Part shown: piece after piece, positions 8,740-17,603 of the stretch
Layout: the number at the start of each line of letters is the position of its first letter
How positions within the stretch are numbered: the stretch's first letter is position 1
Assembly (NCBI RefSeq): GCF_035285525.1
Contig: NZ_JAYKGW010000257.1
Coordinates: 1-32,000 of the forward strand
From: Okeania sp.
Lineage (GTDB): Bacteria; Cyanobacteriota; Cyanobacteriia; Cyanobacteriales; Microcoleaceae
Direction of reading: 5' to 3'
DNA length: 32,000 bases
The notes under the pieces: model-generated
Database searches by the model: none
Seen by the model: only the letters and a program-made list of their open reading frames with translations
What the model was told of the DNA's origin: nothing
Translations under genes and position numbers: made by a program

Positions 8740-8920
8740 TAATTATAGTAGTTATATGGTGTTGCTGAATTGAAGTATGAATCAGGGATTGTTTGGTTTT
8801 GGTCAAGTCCCTTAAATCCCGCAAGTTTGGGGGAATTTCAGAGTTTATTTCCTCCCACACTTGGCTGGATCGGGGGGCTTGCATTATACCTAGAATCAGC
8901 AACGCCATTATATTATACAT

Positions 8921-9023
8921 AGGACTTACGCAGAAACTGGGTTTATCAACAAAATCTCGTGGTTTGAACTGAACCCATAAATTCGGTACGAGCCTAGAAA
9001 CCGGGTTGCTTTGCGTAAGTCCT
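8921..9023. mobile_element. MITE (AGGACTTACGCA ... TGCGTAAGTCCT) inserted between rplU and rpmA
   Basis: There are perfect 12-bp terminal inverted repeats at 8921-8932 and 9012-9023. The core carries AGAAACTGGGTT / AGAAACCGGGTT motifs shared with the copy at 9371-9470. Confidence 0.75.
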
Positions 9024-9053
9024 AATACATAAAAAATTTGGAGGAAATTCATT

Positions 9054-9341
9054 ATGGCTCATAAAAAAGGTACTGGTAGTACCCGTAACGGTCGTGACTC
9101 TAATGCTCAGAGATTAGGTGTTAAACGTTATGGTGGTCAAGTTGTGAAAGCAGGTAATATTCTGGTTAGACAACGTGGTAGCACGTTCCATCCTGGCAAT
9201 AATGTTGGTGTGGGTAGTGACTATACTTTATTTGCTTTAGTTGAAGGTGTGGTAACTTTTGAAAGAAAAGGTAAAAGTCAGAAAAAAGTTAGCGTTTATC
9301 CTGTAGTTCAGGAAGCTAATGTTGCTGTAGCTGAAGCTTAA
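9054..9341 (+). CDS. rpmA: 50S ribosomal protein L27 (95 aa)
   Basis: [52 protein letters not shown] is canonical L27. A GGAGGA Shine-Dalgarno lies 8 nt upstream. Confidence 0.95.
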   Translation: MAHKKGTGSTRNGRDSNAQRLGVKRYGGQVVKAGNILVRQRGSTFHPGNNVGVGSDYTLFALVEGVVTFERKGKSQKKVSVYPVVQEANVAVAEA

Positions 9342-9370
9342 ACGATTTTAACTTACAGTGCTTTTTATAC

Positions 9371-9470
9371 AGGACTTATGTGGGCGAACCCAGAAACCGG
9401 GTTTCTTGTAGATGTTTATTGTCAAAAACAATGATTTACTGTAGAAACCCGGTTTCTTTGCGTAATATAC
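9371..9470. mobile_element. MITE of the same subfamily as 8921-9023, with an eroded right terminus. It could act as the rpmA terminator hairpin.
   Basis: AGGACTTATGTGGGCGAACCCAGAAACCGGGTTTCTTGTAG ... CTGTAGAAACCCGGTTTCTTTGCGTAAT. The two AGAAACCGGGTTTCT blocks are inverted relative to each other and can form a long hairpin 30 bp after the rpmA stop. Confidence 0.6.
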
Positions 9471-9623
9471 AATTCGGCTATATAGTATATGTTCATAATT
9501 CTCTCTACACTTCTATCTCCGCGTCTGGTGCGTCTGGTGCGTCTCCCTACCATACAATAACTACTCAACCGGATTCTAATAATTCCTGATTTATATACCA
9601 TAGACTAGGGACATAATATAAAC

Positions 9624-10883
9624 CTAAATACGTCTAATAATCATAATTGTAACAGGATTAATAGGGTTAAACCGAGTTAAATTAGCTAGAGGTACAGAAC
9701 GAGATAACTGTACTTGCAAAAGACGATAACTCCAGCAGCGATCGCTTTTTTTTCTTTCCTCTACCCAACTTACAGCAGTATGCAAGTTTTCTAAGGTTGT
9801 AAATGCTAAAACTATTATTCCTCCAGGCAACATTCTGATACCACAAACTCCCAAAATATTTCTGAGTTTACCACTATTACCCCCAATAAAAATTCGATTG
9901 GGAGGACGCAAGTGATGTAAAATTTCCGGAGCATTACCGTGAATAGAAACTATATTTTTAACTTGAAAGCGACGACAATTTTCTTCTATTAAACTTGTTC
10001 CTACAGCTGTTTTTTCAATTGCGTATACTATGGAACTACTGGAAAGGCGAGCAATTTCGATAGAAACCGAACCAGTTCCAGCACCAATATCCCAGATTAT
10101 TTGTTCTGGTTGCAAGTTCAACTCAGCTAAAATTAATACCCGCACTTCTCGTTTTGTCATCAACCCAGGGCGGTCATCATAACTCGCAAAATAGTTATCT
10201 GGTATCCCCAGTAGAGGCAAATTAGATAAATCTATAGTTTGGTCTGAGATTTTTGGTTGACGTAATAATACTACCAAATTTAATGGTGCAAATATTTCTG
10301 GTTGTATTGCATCTATAGACAATTTTTGGACTCGTTCATCCTCACCACCAAGATTTTCACAGACCCAAAATTGATATGTAGTTGGTAAATTTAAAGCTAC
10401 TAGCAAATTAGCGATCGCTTTTGGTGTATTAGTAGAATCTGTTAATACAGCAATTTTCTCCACTCCTTGCTGTAATGGTTCAATTAATTCATCCATAGAG
10501 CGACCATGAATGCTAATTATTTTAGCATCTTGCCAAGGAATTTTGATGCGACTAAAAGCTAATTGTACAGAACTCAAATGGGGATAAAACCTTAAATTTT
10601 CTGGTGGAAAATGTCGAATTAATAATCTTCCTAAACCAAAAAATAGGGGGTCTCCTGAAGTTAAAACTACTATACAACTATTAGTGGTATCTAAATGCTG
10701 CCGTATTTCTAAAATTGCTTCTAGTACGTCTCCCAATACAATAGTTTCAGCAGTATGATTAGGAAAATAAGAAAGATGGCGATCGCTTCCTACCAACAAG
10801 GTTGCTGTTTCGACAATTTTCCGTACTGACTCATTTAGTCCACTAATTCCATCTAAACATAAGCCAATAACATTTATAGTCAC
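9624..10883 (-). CDS. cobL: Precorrin-6Y C5,15-methyltransferase (decarboxylating), fused CbiE/CbiT (419 aa, GTG start)
   Basis: The N-terminal tetrapyrrole-methylase half (VIGLCLDG...VVLTSGDPLFFG) is followed by a C-terminal CbiT-like SAM-binding half (IWDIGAGTGSVSIE). The start codon at 10883-10881 is GTG. Confidence 0.85.
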   Translation of the reverse strand: MTINVIGLCLDGISGLNESVRKIVETATLLVGSDRHLSYFPNHTAETIVLGDVLEAILEIRQHLDTTNSCIVVLTSGDPLFFGLGRLLIRHFPPENLRFYPHLSSVQLAFSRIKIPWQDAKIISIHGRSMDELIEPLQQGVEKIAVLTDSTNTPKAIANLLVALNLPTTYQFWVCENLGGEDERVQKLSIDAIQPEIFAPLNLVVLLRQPKISDQTIDLSNLPLLGIPDNYFASYDDRPGLMTKREVRVLILAELNLQPEQIIWDIGAGTGSVSIEIARLSSSSIVYAIEKTAVGTSLIEENCRRFQVKNIVSIHGNAPEILHHLRPPNRIFIGGNSGKLRNILGVCGIRMLPGGIIVLAFTTLENLHTAVSWVEERKKSDRCWSYRLLQVQLSRSVPLANLTRFNPINPVTIMIIRRI

Positions 10884-10974
10884 GATAATTACGCTTGGAA
10901 AGTTTTTTTGTAAAGGTAGGGAGTGCAGGGTAGTTAGGAGTTACAAAGGAGTTGACTGGAAATAAGAGTAAGAT

Positions 10975-11179
10975 AGGACTTACACAAAGGTACTATTGTA
11001 TAGTCTTGGTGGGTTATGAAATACGATTTTCATTAGCCAAAACACACCCTACTGGACTGTTTTGCCTCAAATAGTACATTAGAGAGTAGGGGAGAAATGA
11101 GGTACGAAACCCAACAAAAATCTATTGCATTATTTAAGAGCAAACAATGCACTATCAATAGCGTTTATGCCTAAGTCCT
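10975..11179. mobile_element. Longer, degenerate member of the AGGACTTAC MITE family
   Basis: The left end is AGGACTTACACAAAGGTACTATTGTATAGTC. The right end is ...GCCTAAGTCCT (11169-11179). The interior AAAACACACCCTAC matches other copies. Confidence 0.5.
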
Positions 11180-11362
11180 ATGAATTACAGCAGATTCCTT
11201 TGCAAATGAGGTACAAGGGTAAAATATTGTAGTGCGGGCCGGAAAGCCCGTATGGGGGGTGTACCTCATGGGGAAAGGAAACCGCTGTATGACTCCTTAA
11301 TTCTGACTCCTACTCTCACCAAAATACTTCCATAAACAAACCCTAATTATGGTCTAATTTCA

Positions 11363-12145
11363 TCACAAATTTACAACAGGCCAATCAGATTCTCGATAAT
11401 AACCGATCATATTATCAAACTTTCGTAGTTCACCCCGATGTACTAAAATTTCTGAAGTAACTTCCAACCACTGATTATTTAATTCGGAAATCTGATCTGC
11501 CAAATTAGGAATATCTAAGTTTGATGGAATTTCCCCAAAATATCCCAAGGTAACATGAGCCGTCAAATGATATTGCTGTTCAATACCCAGAGCAATGAAA
11601 TTAGGATTTTGATAAATTGACCGACGTAATTTGAGAATTTGTTGATAAGAACTTCCGTCTTTAGGAACTAAACAAACACCAATTGCTCTAGTCATTACTA
11701 CAATCCCAAAAACTTGCCACTGGACTTGATGGCCATTTGTAGAAGTAGATAATTCCTGAAAACTCTCTGCAATGCAAGAACGTAATTTTTCCTCAAATTG
11801 AGGATTATTTTGACTAGCATTTGTAAAGGCACTTTCCCAAATTAAATCAGCTAAGGTCAAATGAAAACTATTGCTAGGCAATGGAATCATTAAATTCTTA
11901 CCTAATAGTTCTATTAATTGTTCTTGACATTTTTGTAAACGGTGATAGAATTGACTGTTCTCTGACTCCTCTTCTTTAGGTGGAGTAATCACTGTATAAC
12001 CAGGAAAATCTACCGCCTCAAATTGGCCATCAGTGATTTTTTTAAATTTGGGAGAAGGTTGGATATATTCCAACTGAGACTTGTAACTTTGTAGTAGCGT
12101 CATCTGAGCTACTCGGTTAATGTAGTTCTGATATGTATCGTCCAA
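11363..12145 (-). CDS. 2H-phosphoesterase-superfamily-like protein (two HxT motifs), 260 aa
   Basis: Two HxT motifs, FHLTLADL and AHVTLGYF, are spaced about 100 aa apart. This is the hallmark of 2H (LigT/CPDase-like) phosphoesterases. The tracked start at 12145 is TTG, only 31 bp from the divergent holA ATG. An in-frame ATG (MTLLQSY) at 12103 is an alternative start. Confidence 0.6.
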   Translation of the reverse strand: MDDTYQNYINRVAQMTLLQSYKSQLEYIQPSPKFKKITDGQFEAVDFPGYTVITPPKEEESENSQFYHRLQKCQEQLIELLGKNLMIPLPSNSFHLTLADLIWESAFTNASQNNPQFEEKLRSCIAESFQELSTSTNGHQVQWQVFGIVVMTRAIGVCLVPKDGSSYQQILKLRRSIYQNPNFIALGIEQQYHLTAHVTLGYFGEIPSNLDIPNLADQISELNNQWLEVTSEILVHRGELRKFDNMIGYYRESDWPVVNL

Positions 12146-12176
12146 TCTAATTACCCCTTGTCAAAAATAGCTTCTT

Positions 12177-13151
12177 ATGCCAATTTACCTCTACTTTGGT
12201 GAGGATGAGTATTCAATGATGCAAGCTGTTAATGCTTTGCGTGAATCTGTCCTCGATCCTACCTGGGCTAGCTTTAATTATGACAAAATTTTGCCAGCAA
12301 CAGATGCAGTTCAAATTGGATTAAATCAGGCCATGACCCCACCATTTGGTTCTGGTAGTCGTTTGGTCTGGCTCGTCGATACTAATATAACTCAGCATTG
12401 CTCACAAAGTTTGTTGGAGGATTTGGAACGGACTTTACCTCAAATTCCTGAAGCTACTGTCCTATTATTTACTACTTCTCATAAACCCGATCAAAGACTT
12501 AAGTCCACAAAATTAATCCTTAAAGTGGCTCAAGTTCAAGATTTTTCTCCTATTCCTCCTTGGAAAACAGACTTACTGGAGAAGCAAGTCAAAGAAATGG
12601 CTCACCAAATAGGGGTTAAGCTTACTACTGCTGGAGTTACTTTTTTGGCAGAAGCTTTAGGTAGCGATCGCCGACAATTACATAATGAGTTGACTAAATT
12701 GCAACTTTATGGTAATCAAAATACAGTTTTAGATTTAGAAGCGATCGCTAGTTTGGTGGGGTCTCAGACTCAAAGTAGTCTGAAGTTGGCCACCACTATT
12801 CGTTCGGGAGATACGGTTAAAGCTTTGGAGTTAGTAGCAGATTTAATTGCCCATAATGAACATCCATTAAGAATAGTAGCTACTTTGGTTGGCCAATTTA
12901 GAACATGGTTGTGGGTCAAACTAATGATTGAGGCAGGAGAAAAAGATGAAAAAGCGATCGCCCAAGCTGCGGAAATAAACAACCCTAAACGGGTATATTT
13001 TTTACGACAGGAAGTGAAGTCCTTATCTTTGGATAAATTAGAGCAAACTTTACCTTTATTATTAGAGTTGGAAGTAAATATTAAACAGGGAAAAGAGGAA
13101 ATATCTACTCTACAAACTAAAGTTATAGAACTTTGTCAACTCTTTTTTTAG
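12177..13151 (+). CDS. holA: DNA polymerase III delta subunit (324 aa)
   Basis: The N-terminus MPIYLYFGEDEYSMMQAVNALR, the length and the helical C-terminal half are typical of cyanobacterial HolA. Confidence 0.75.
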   Translation: MPIYLYFGEDEYSMMQAVNALRESVLDPTWASFNYDKILPATDAVQIGLNQAMTPPFGSGSRLVWLVDTNITQHCSQSLLEDLERTLPQIPEATVLLFTTSHKPDQRLKSTKLILKVAQVQDFSPIPPWKTDLLEKQVKEMAHQIGVKLTTAGVTFLAEALGSDRRQLHNELTKLQLYGNQNTVLDLEAIASLVGSQTQSSLKLATTIRSGDTVKALELVADLIAHNEHPLRIVATLVGQFRTWLWVKLMIEAGEKDEKAIAQAAEINNPKRVYFLRQEVKSLSLDKLEQTLPLLLELEVNIKQGKEEISTLQTKVIELCQLFF

Positions 13152-14466
13152 AGGGAGTAGGGAACAGGGAGTAGGGATTAGTTAAGAGGTAGAGGAAATA
13201 GGGATTACAGAGGAAGTAACTAAAAGAATAGTAAGAGTGATTTTTCTGCTATAGCTACCCAAAAATTTTCACTCTTTGATTTTTCAATCGTACCTTAGCA
13301 ATTGAAAAGCTAATACTTTTTCCAGACATAAAAACCCTAAAACCATGATTAATGTCAATGCTTGTATATTTAATCAGCAATCCCTAAATATTTTGGTTGT
13401 AACAATTCAAAAACTAGAAATAAACTCCGAAACTCTTACACACTAACGATTACTTCCAAACCTCCAAACCAACATACCAAAAAGTGACAAGATTTTTAAT
13501 ATGAATAAAATTAAGATTGCTATAGGTCAAGTATTTAATAATCTTTTAGAAAAGAGAGAACCGGGAAAAAACTTAATGATTTATGTTCAATAATCAATTT
13601 TACTTTTTATTATTTGAAGATGTTTATTAAATGTATTTAGCCAAGTATTCGAGTTTTCATCAAAACTCGTAGTATAACTATTATTTCAACCAGAGGTATA
13701 GACATATATAGCAATGTGCGCACTTAATATTTACAAATTGCAGGAGGTGTCCAAGCCGCTCAAAGCTTTATATTATAGGCCATTTATTGTCCCAGTTAAG
13801 TGTTCCCTCCATACCTGTTCCCTGCGCGCAGCGCTATAGAAAGGAAATTTTAGTAATTCTATCTTGTGTATTGTGAAAAATCAATAATTCCTGCTAATAT
13901 AAAACCCGGTAGTAGGTTTTAATAACCCTGCAAATTATGCAGTTGGGCAACCCCAATTAAAGTGGTTCAAAACTTTAATACTTGCTTAAATATATGCTCA
14001 AATTCTTAGGGCAAGACTAACCCTTTGTCGTCCGAGAATATTTACAACCCGATATTTTTTGAGTCCTGTACTTCCTAGGCTTTCCACCTTCCCCACCCTA
14101 TCTTTCTTTTTTCTCTTGTGACAATAATATAGATCCTACCTGGTTAGGGAGAAACCTAAAACCGAATTTTTAGAAAAATCAACAGTTTCTCGAATAAGAT
14201 GGTGAAAATTTACACCCTAGCCTATAATACTAATTCCTGACGAAACAGCACTCAATAATATATAGTTGAGGAGATTAAGTCAGGTTTATTTGTTTCCATA
14301 ATAATGTTTATGGTCAGTTCCTAACCATCCCAATCTATAAGGGGGTTTGCCGTTTAACCCTGTAGTGGTCGAGCTACTTGCATTCAACTAAGCTTTGAGA
14401 CTTTTGAGTAAGTTTGAGTAAGTTTGGTTGAGCGGCGAAACTGTGCTTAAATATTCAGGATAAACA

Positions 14467-14598
14467 GGACTTACACGGGAGGCACTATACATAGAGTCTT
14501 GCTCAGTTACGAGATACGCTTTTCATGTCGCGTAGCGTTAGCGGAGCTTTGCGGAACGCAAAACGCACCCTAAAGATAGCGTCCATGGGTAAGTCCTC
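14467..14598. mobile_element. Complete MITE of the AGGACTTAC family (long-core subtype)
   Basis: AGGACTTACACGGGAGGCACTATACATAGAG ... CATGTCGCGTAGCGTTAGCGGAGCTTTGCGGAACGCAAAACGCACCCTAAAGATAGCGTCCATGGGTAAGTCCT. The termini are inverted copies. Confidence 0.75.
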
Positions 14599-14739
14599 AT
14601 AAATTTACACCAGTGATTAGAAGTTTTGATAGACAATCATTAAAAATATTGTTACACAAAAATGGTATAACAATATCAAAATTGATTATAGTAACTAAGT
14701 AAATTAATTGTTGCTCTTCAGCCCAAAGGATCGGTAGTT

Positions 14740-15645
14740 ATGACATCAAACAATCTACGGGAACTTGCTAAACAAGGAGATCCAAAAGTTATCTCCTCAA
14801 TTATCAATCATTCACTACAAAAAAAAGGTATTAATGTCCAAGTCATTAGGGACAATGGTACTCTGGAAATTACACTAGAATCGGATCAAATTTCTAATCA
14901 ACGAGCCTCTCTTGTTGAATTTATCCGAACTGGAATTATGAAATTGGGAGTTGAATCAGTCAATACTGTCAAGGTGTATGGTGTTCAGAGTGATAGTGAA
15001 ATACCAGTATGGGAAGAGGAATTTTTTTTAGGTAGATCATCAGAACACCAGAAATCTGAACTTGAAGAAGAAGGAGGAGATTTTTCAGGTATAAAGGCAT
15101 TAGATCAGGGAATGGAAAGTGGATACGAAACGGAAACAGATGAAGATTACGACGAAGGAGTATATGAGGAAGAGGGAGAATATGAAGATGATGATGATGA
15201 ACTATTACAGGAACCTCAGTCTCAAAAAAAGAATAATTCTTTAGTCCTGAAAGTATTACTGGGATTTGTTTTAGTAGCAGTAGCTGCCTTTGCTGCATTG
15301 TACTTTAGTGGAATATTTCGACTACCATCGTCTAGTCAATCAAAGTCAGAAAACACGACTACTCCTGAACCTAACTTACCTACACCAGAAAACGAAAACA
15401 ACGTTGCCGACTCTAACCCCTGGTATTTTGCTGTTAAAAGCGCTGAAAGTGCTGCCCAAAAAGCTCAGACAGCTCAAACAAAATCTGAATGGAATGAAGT
15501 CGTTAGTGATTGGCAAAAAGCTGTAGAGCTAATGAAGAAAGTACCAGAGTCTGACCAAAATTATCAAAGAGCACAAACAAAAGTTTCTGAGTATCAAAAT
15601 TATCTAGATACAGCAGAGAAGAGAGCTAATAATGCTCCCAATTAA
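14740..15645 (+). CDS. Hypothetical single-pass membrane protein (301 aa) with a conserved cyanobacterial N-domain, an acidic linker, a TM helix and a helical C-domain
   Basis: The N-terminus LAKQGDPKVISSIINHSLQKKGINVQV...LEITLES recurs in many cyanobacterial hypothetical proteins. There is a D/E-rich run (YDEGVYEEEGEYEDDDDE) and a TM segment (LVLKVLLGFVLVAVAAFAALYF). The C-terminal WxxxVxxWQKAVELMKKVPESDQNYQRAQTKVSEYQNYL module follows. Confidence 0.6.
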   Translation: MTSNNLRELAKQGDPKVISSIINHSLQKKGINVQVIRDNGTLEITLESDQISNQRASLVEFIRTGIMKLGVESVNTVKVYGVQSDSEIPVWEEEFFLGRSSEHQKSELEEEGGDFSGIKALDQGMESGYETETDEDYDEGVYEEEGEYEDDDDELLQEPQSQKKNNSLVLKVLLGFVLVAVAAFAALYFSGIFRLPSSSQSKSENTTTPEPNLPTPENENNVADSNPWYFAVKSAESAAQKAQTAQTKSEWNEVVSDWQKAVELMKKVPESDQNYQRAQTKVSEYQNYLDTAEKRANNAPN

Positions 15646-16399
15646 TTAGTTTTGGCTGATTAGCTCTCAAAGTATTAAGATAATAAAGGCTTTAGCTTTT
15701 TGGGAACGAGAAAAGTACCAGATGCATCAATACTTAGGGCTTGGGTATGGAAATCTCAAAGTCTTGCCATACTAATGGACTCTTTTTAGGTAATAATAAA
15801 GTACCAGCTTTTAGGTGGTAATGGTACGGTTCCCGAAAAATCATGCATTCTAAGATTTTGAGCAAGAAAAGGTTAGAAAATAAAGGGAAGATTCTTCTGA
15901 CTACTTCTTCTATAATTCCCCTGACTTCTGAATTCTGGATTCACCGATTCTGGCTCCTCCCCTCGAATAAAAGACTTTTACGGTTCCCGATCAATCAGCA
16001 AACCCTAAATACTTCCTACTCCCTATCCTATAAAAAAGACTTTCCATAAACAAACCCTAAATAAAGTTTTGATATTAATAGACATCTCCAGAAATAAAAA
16101 ATAAAATCAATTATCGTACATAAATTATCAATTGTTTCTTTACTATTGCCTATTACTCCTATATTTCTTTTTTGGAGAAGTCTAATAGCTTTCGTGCTTT
16201 TCCATGAGCTTTAACATTATTTATCAAAGTTAAAAATCTAGATTTTTCCTATTAATTTTCACCTCAAGGTCAGAAAAAAAATAGGGAGAATCTGGAAATT
16301 TTGATAACATTAATACATTAAATTAAGTAATTGATGATTTTCAAAGTAAAATTAGTCTCTAAATCCCACTCAATTAAAATTCCCTGACTCTCCATGAAG

Positions 16400-16816
16400 T
16401 TATTCTTCTATTTGTGAGGCATTACCATTAGCATCACTATCTTTTTCATCATCTACTACTTGTTTCAAATGAATATGTTTGTATCCTAACCTGATTTCAA
16501 ATTCGTCTCCTGGTTTTAAACCCATTGTTTCTGTATAAGTAGCTCCTATAACTATTTGGCCATTTCTATGAACGCTAACTCGATAAGTAGGTTCCCTACC
16601 ACGACCATCTTTATTTCCACTCTTTTCTAAAGGAACTCCTTTTGCTGCTAAAATTGCATCATAAAAATCTGTAAGATTAACACGAGTTTCATCACTTTTT
16701 GTAAGTGTGTAATATCCACAGAGTTTAGCTGTTTCCCTTCGTGGTAAGTCAGAAAGTTCTTTTACCTTTTGAAGTAAAATTTTTCCCGTTAATGGAGTAG
16801 TTGAATTTTCATCCAT
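16400..16816 (-). CDS. Cyanobacterial AbrB-like (cyAbrB) transcriptional regulator (138 aa)
   Basis: The N-terminal LTGKILLQKVKELSDLPRRETAKLCGYY...NLTDFYDAILAAKG is followed by a C-terminal AbrB/SpoVT-type swapped-hairpin motif, IVIGATYTETMGLKPGDEFEIRLGYKHIHL. That arrangement is the cyAbrB architecture, with the AbrB domain at the C-terminus. Confidence 0.8.
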   Translation of the reverse strand: MDENSTTPLTGKILLQKVKELSDLPRRETAKLCGYYTLTKSDETRVNLTDFYDAILAAKGVPLEKSGNKDGRGREPTYRVSVHRNGQIVIGATYTETMGLKPGDEFEIRLGYKHIHLKQVVDDEKDSDANGNASQIEE

Positions 16817-16953
16817 AGTTATTAATAGTTCTCCTTGCTATATTAGTAGTGTACTAAATAAATTTTCGTGAAAATTTTGACAGTTATTAATAATATATAC
16901 TGAAACTTATCAATTGTGCAAAAAAAATCTATAATGTTTTTTTACAAGTAGAG

Positions 16954-17023
16954 GTAAGAAGGAAGAAGTAAGAAGGAAGAAGTAAGAAGGAAGAAGTAAG
17001 AAGGAAGAAGTAAGAAGGAAGAG
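16954..17023. repeat. Perfect 14-bp tandem repeat GTAAGAAGGAAGAA x5
   Basis: Read directly. The units are 16954-16967, 16968-16981, 16982-16995, 16996-17009 and 17010-17023 (the last ends in G). It lies 138-207 bp upstream of the cyAbrB start codon on the minus strand. Confidence 0.95.
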
Positions 17024-17546
17024 ACCTTTAACAAAAAGGGATAAAGGATAGAGATAAATATCTAAAATTAACTTGAGCAGCTATTTTTCAGTATTTCCGA
17101 CTAAGGTCTATCTATTTGTACCATTCTTTTTTCATGCATGGTATTGCTTTATAAGGATTATTTTTGTAGAAATTTTTTGAGCTGGAAAGATGAGATAAAA
17201 ATTTTACAACTGTAAGGCAAATTAAGTAGAACTTGCTGACTTAAAGATAAAAGTATTGATATTAATCATGGTTATAGTATTTTCAAGCCCTGATTTTTGG
17301 GGAACCGTCATTTCAGTTATCAGTTAGCCTCCTGCGGAGGAGCTGCGCTAACAGTTATCAGTAGAGAGTGAACCTCTGACTAAAGTCTGAAGCTTGAAAT
17401 ACTGAATCGAGTATTTTTTCATCCCCGAACAAGGGGAGGCACATACCCCAATTTTTTGGTAAAAGCACGATATTTTGGGCTGATAAAAAAGTTAGCATTT
17501 GGGTAAGATGGGGGCAGGAAAATCAAGGAACAATTTTTCTGATGTT

Positions 17547-17603
17547 TACTTCTCCCCCACTCCCCACTCCCTTACTCCCTTACTCCCTTACTCCCCTACT
17601 TCC
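17547..17603. repeat. Heptamer/octamer short tandem repeat (CACTCCC x2, TTACTCCC x3) abutting the stop codon of the giant gene
   Basis: CCCACTCCCCACTCCCTTACTCCCTTACTCCCTTACTCCCCTACTTCC was read directly. This is typical Nostocales-type spacer repeat sequence. Confidence 0.7.

Noticed and set aside
8687-9052. A 121-aa minus-strand ORF between rplU and rpmA.
   Set aside because: It overlaps the rplU 3' end and reads through the MITE at 8921-9023, antisense to a ribosomal operon. It is very unlikely to be coding.
9380-9589. A 69-aa plus-strand ORF after rpmA.
   Set aside because: It is the translation of the MITE at 9371-9470 and a 9-bp repeat (GCGTCTGGT x2.7, read as SGASGAS). It is not a gene.
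10884-11362. A cobalamin riboswitch upstream of cobL on the minus strand.
   Set aside because: I could not find a B12-box-like core or the conserved GCCACTG element on the minus strand. The region is largely occupied by a MITE (10975-11179) and the hairpin at 11206-11269. Only a covariance-model scan could exclude it fully.
15843-16049. A 68-aa plus-strand ORF.
   Set aside because: It lies in a repeat-rich spacer sharing TTCTGACT and CCATAAACAAACCCTAA blocks with 11301-11345. It has no start context and no motifs.
16817-17603. A CdiI-like immunity gene downstream of the giant gene.
   Set aside because: No ORF of 60 aa or more lies on the minus strand. The interval is dominated by tandem repeats. 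A smaller ORF cannot be excluded by eye.
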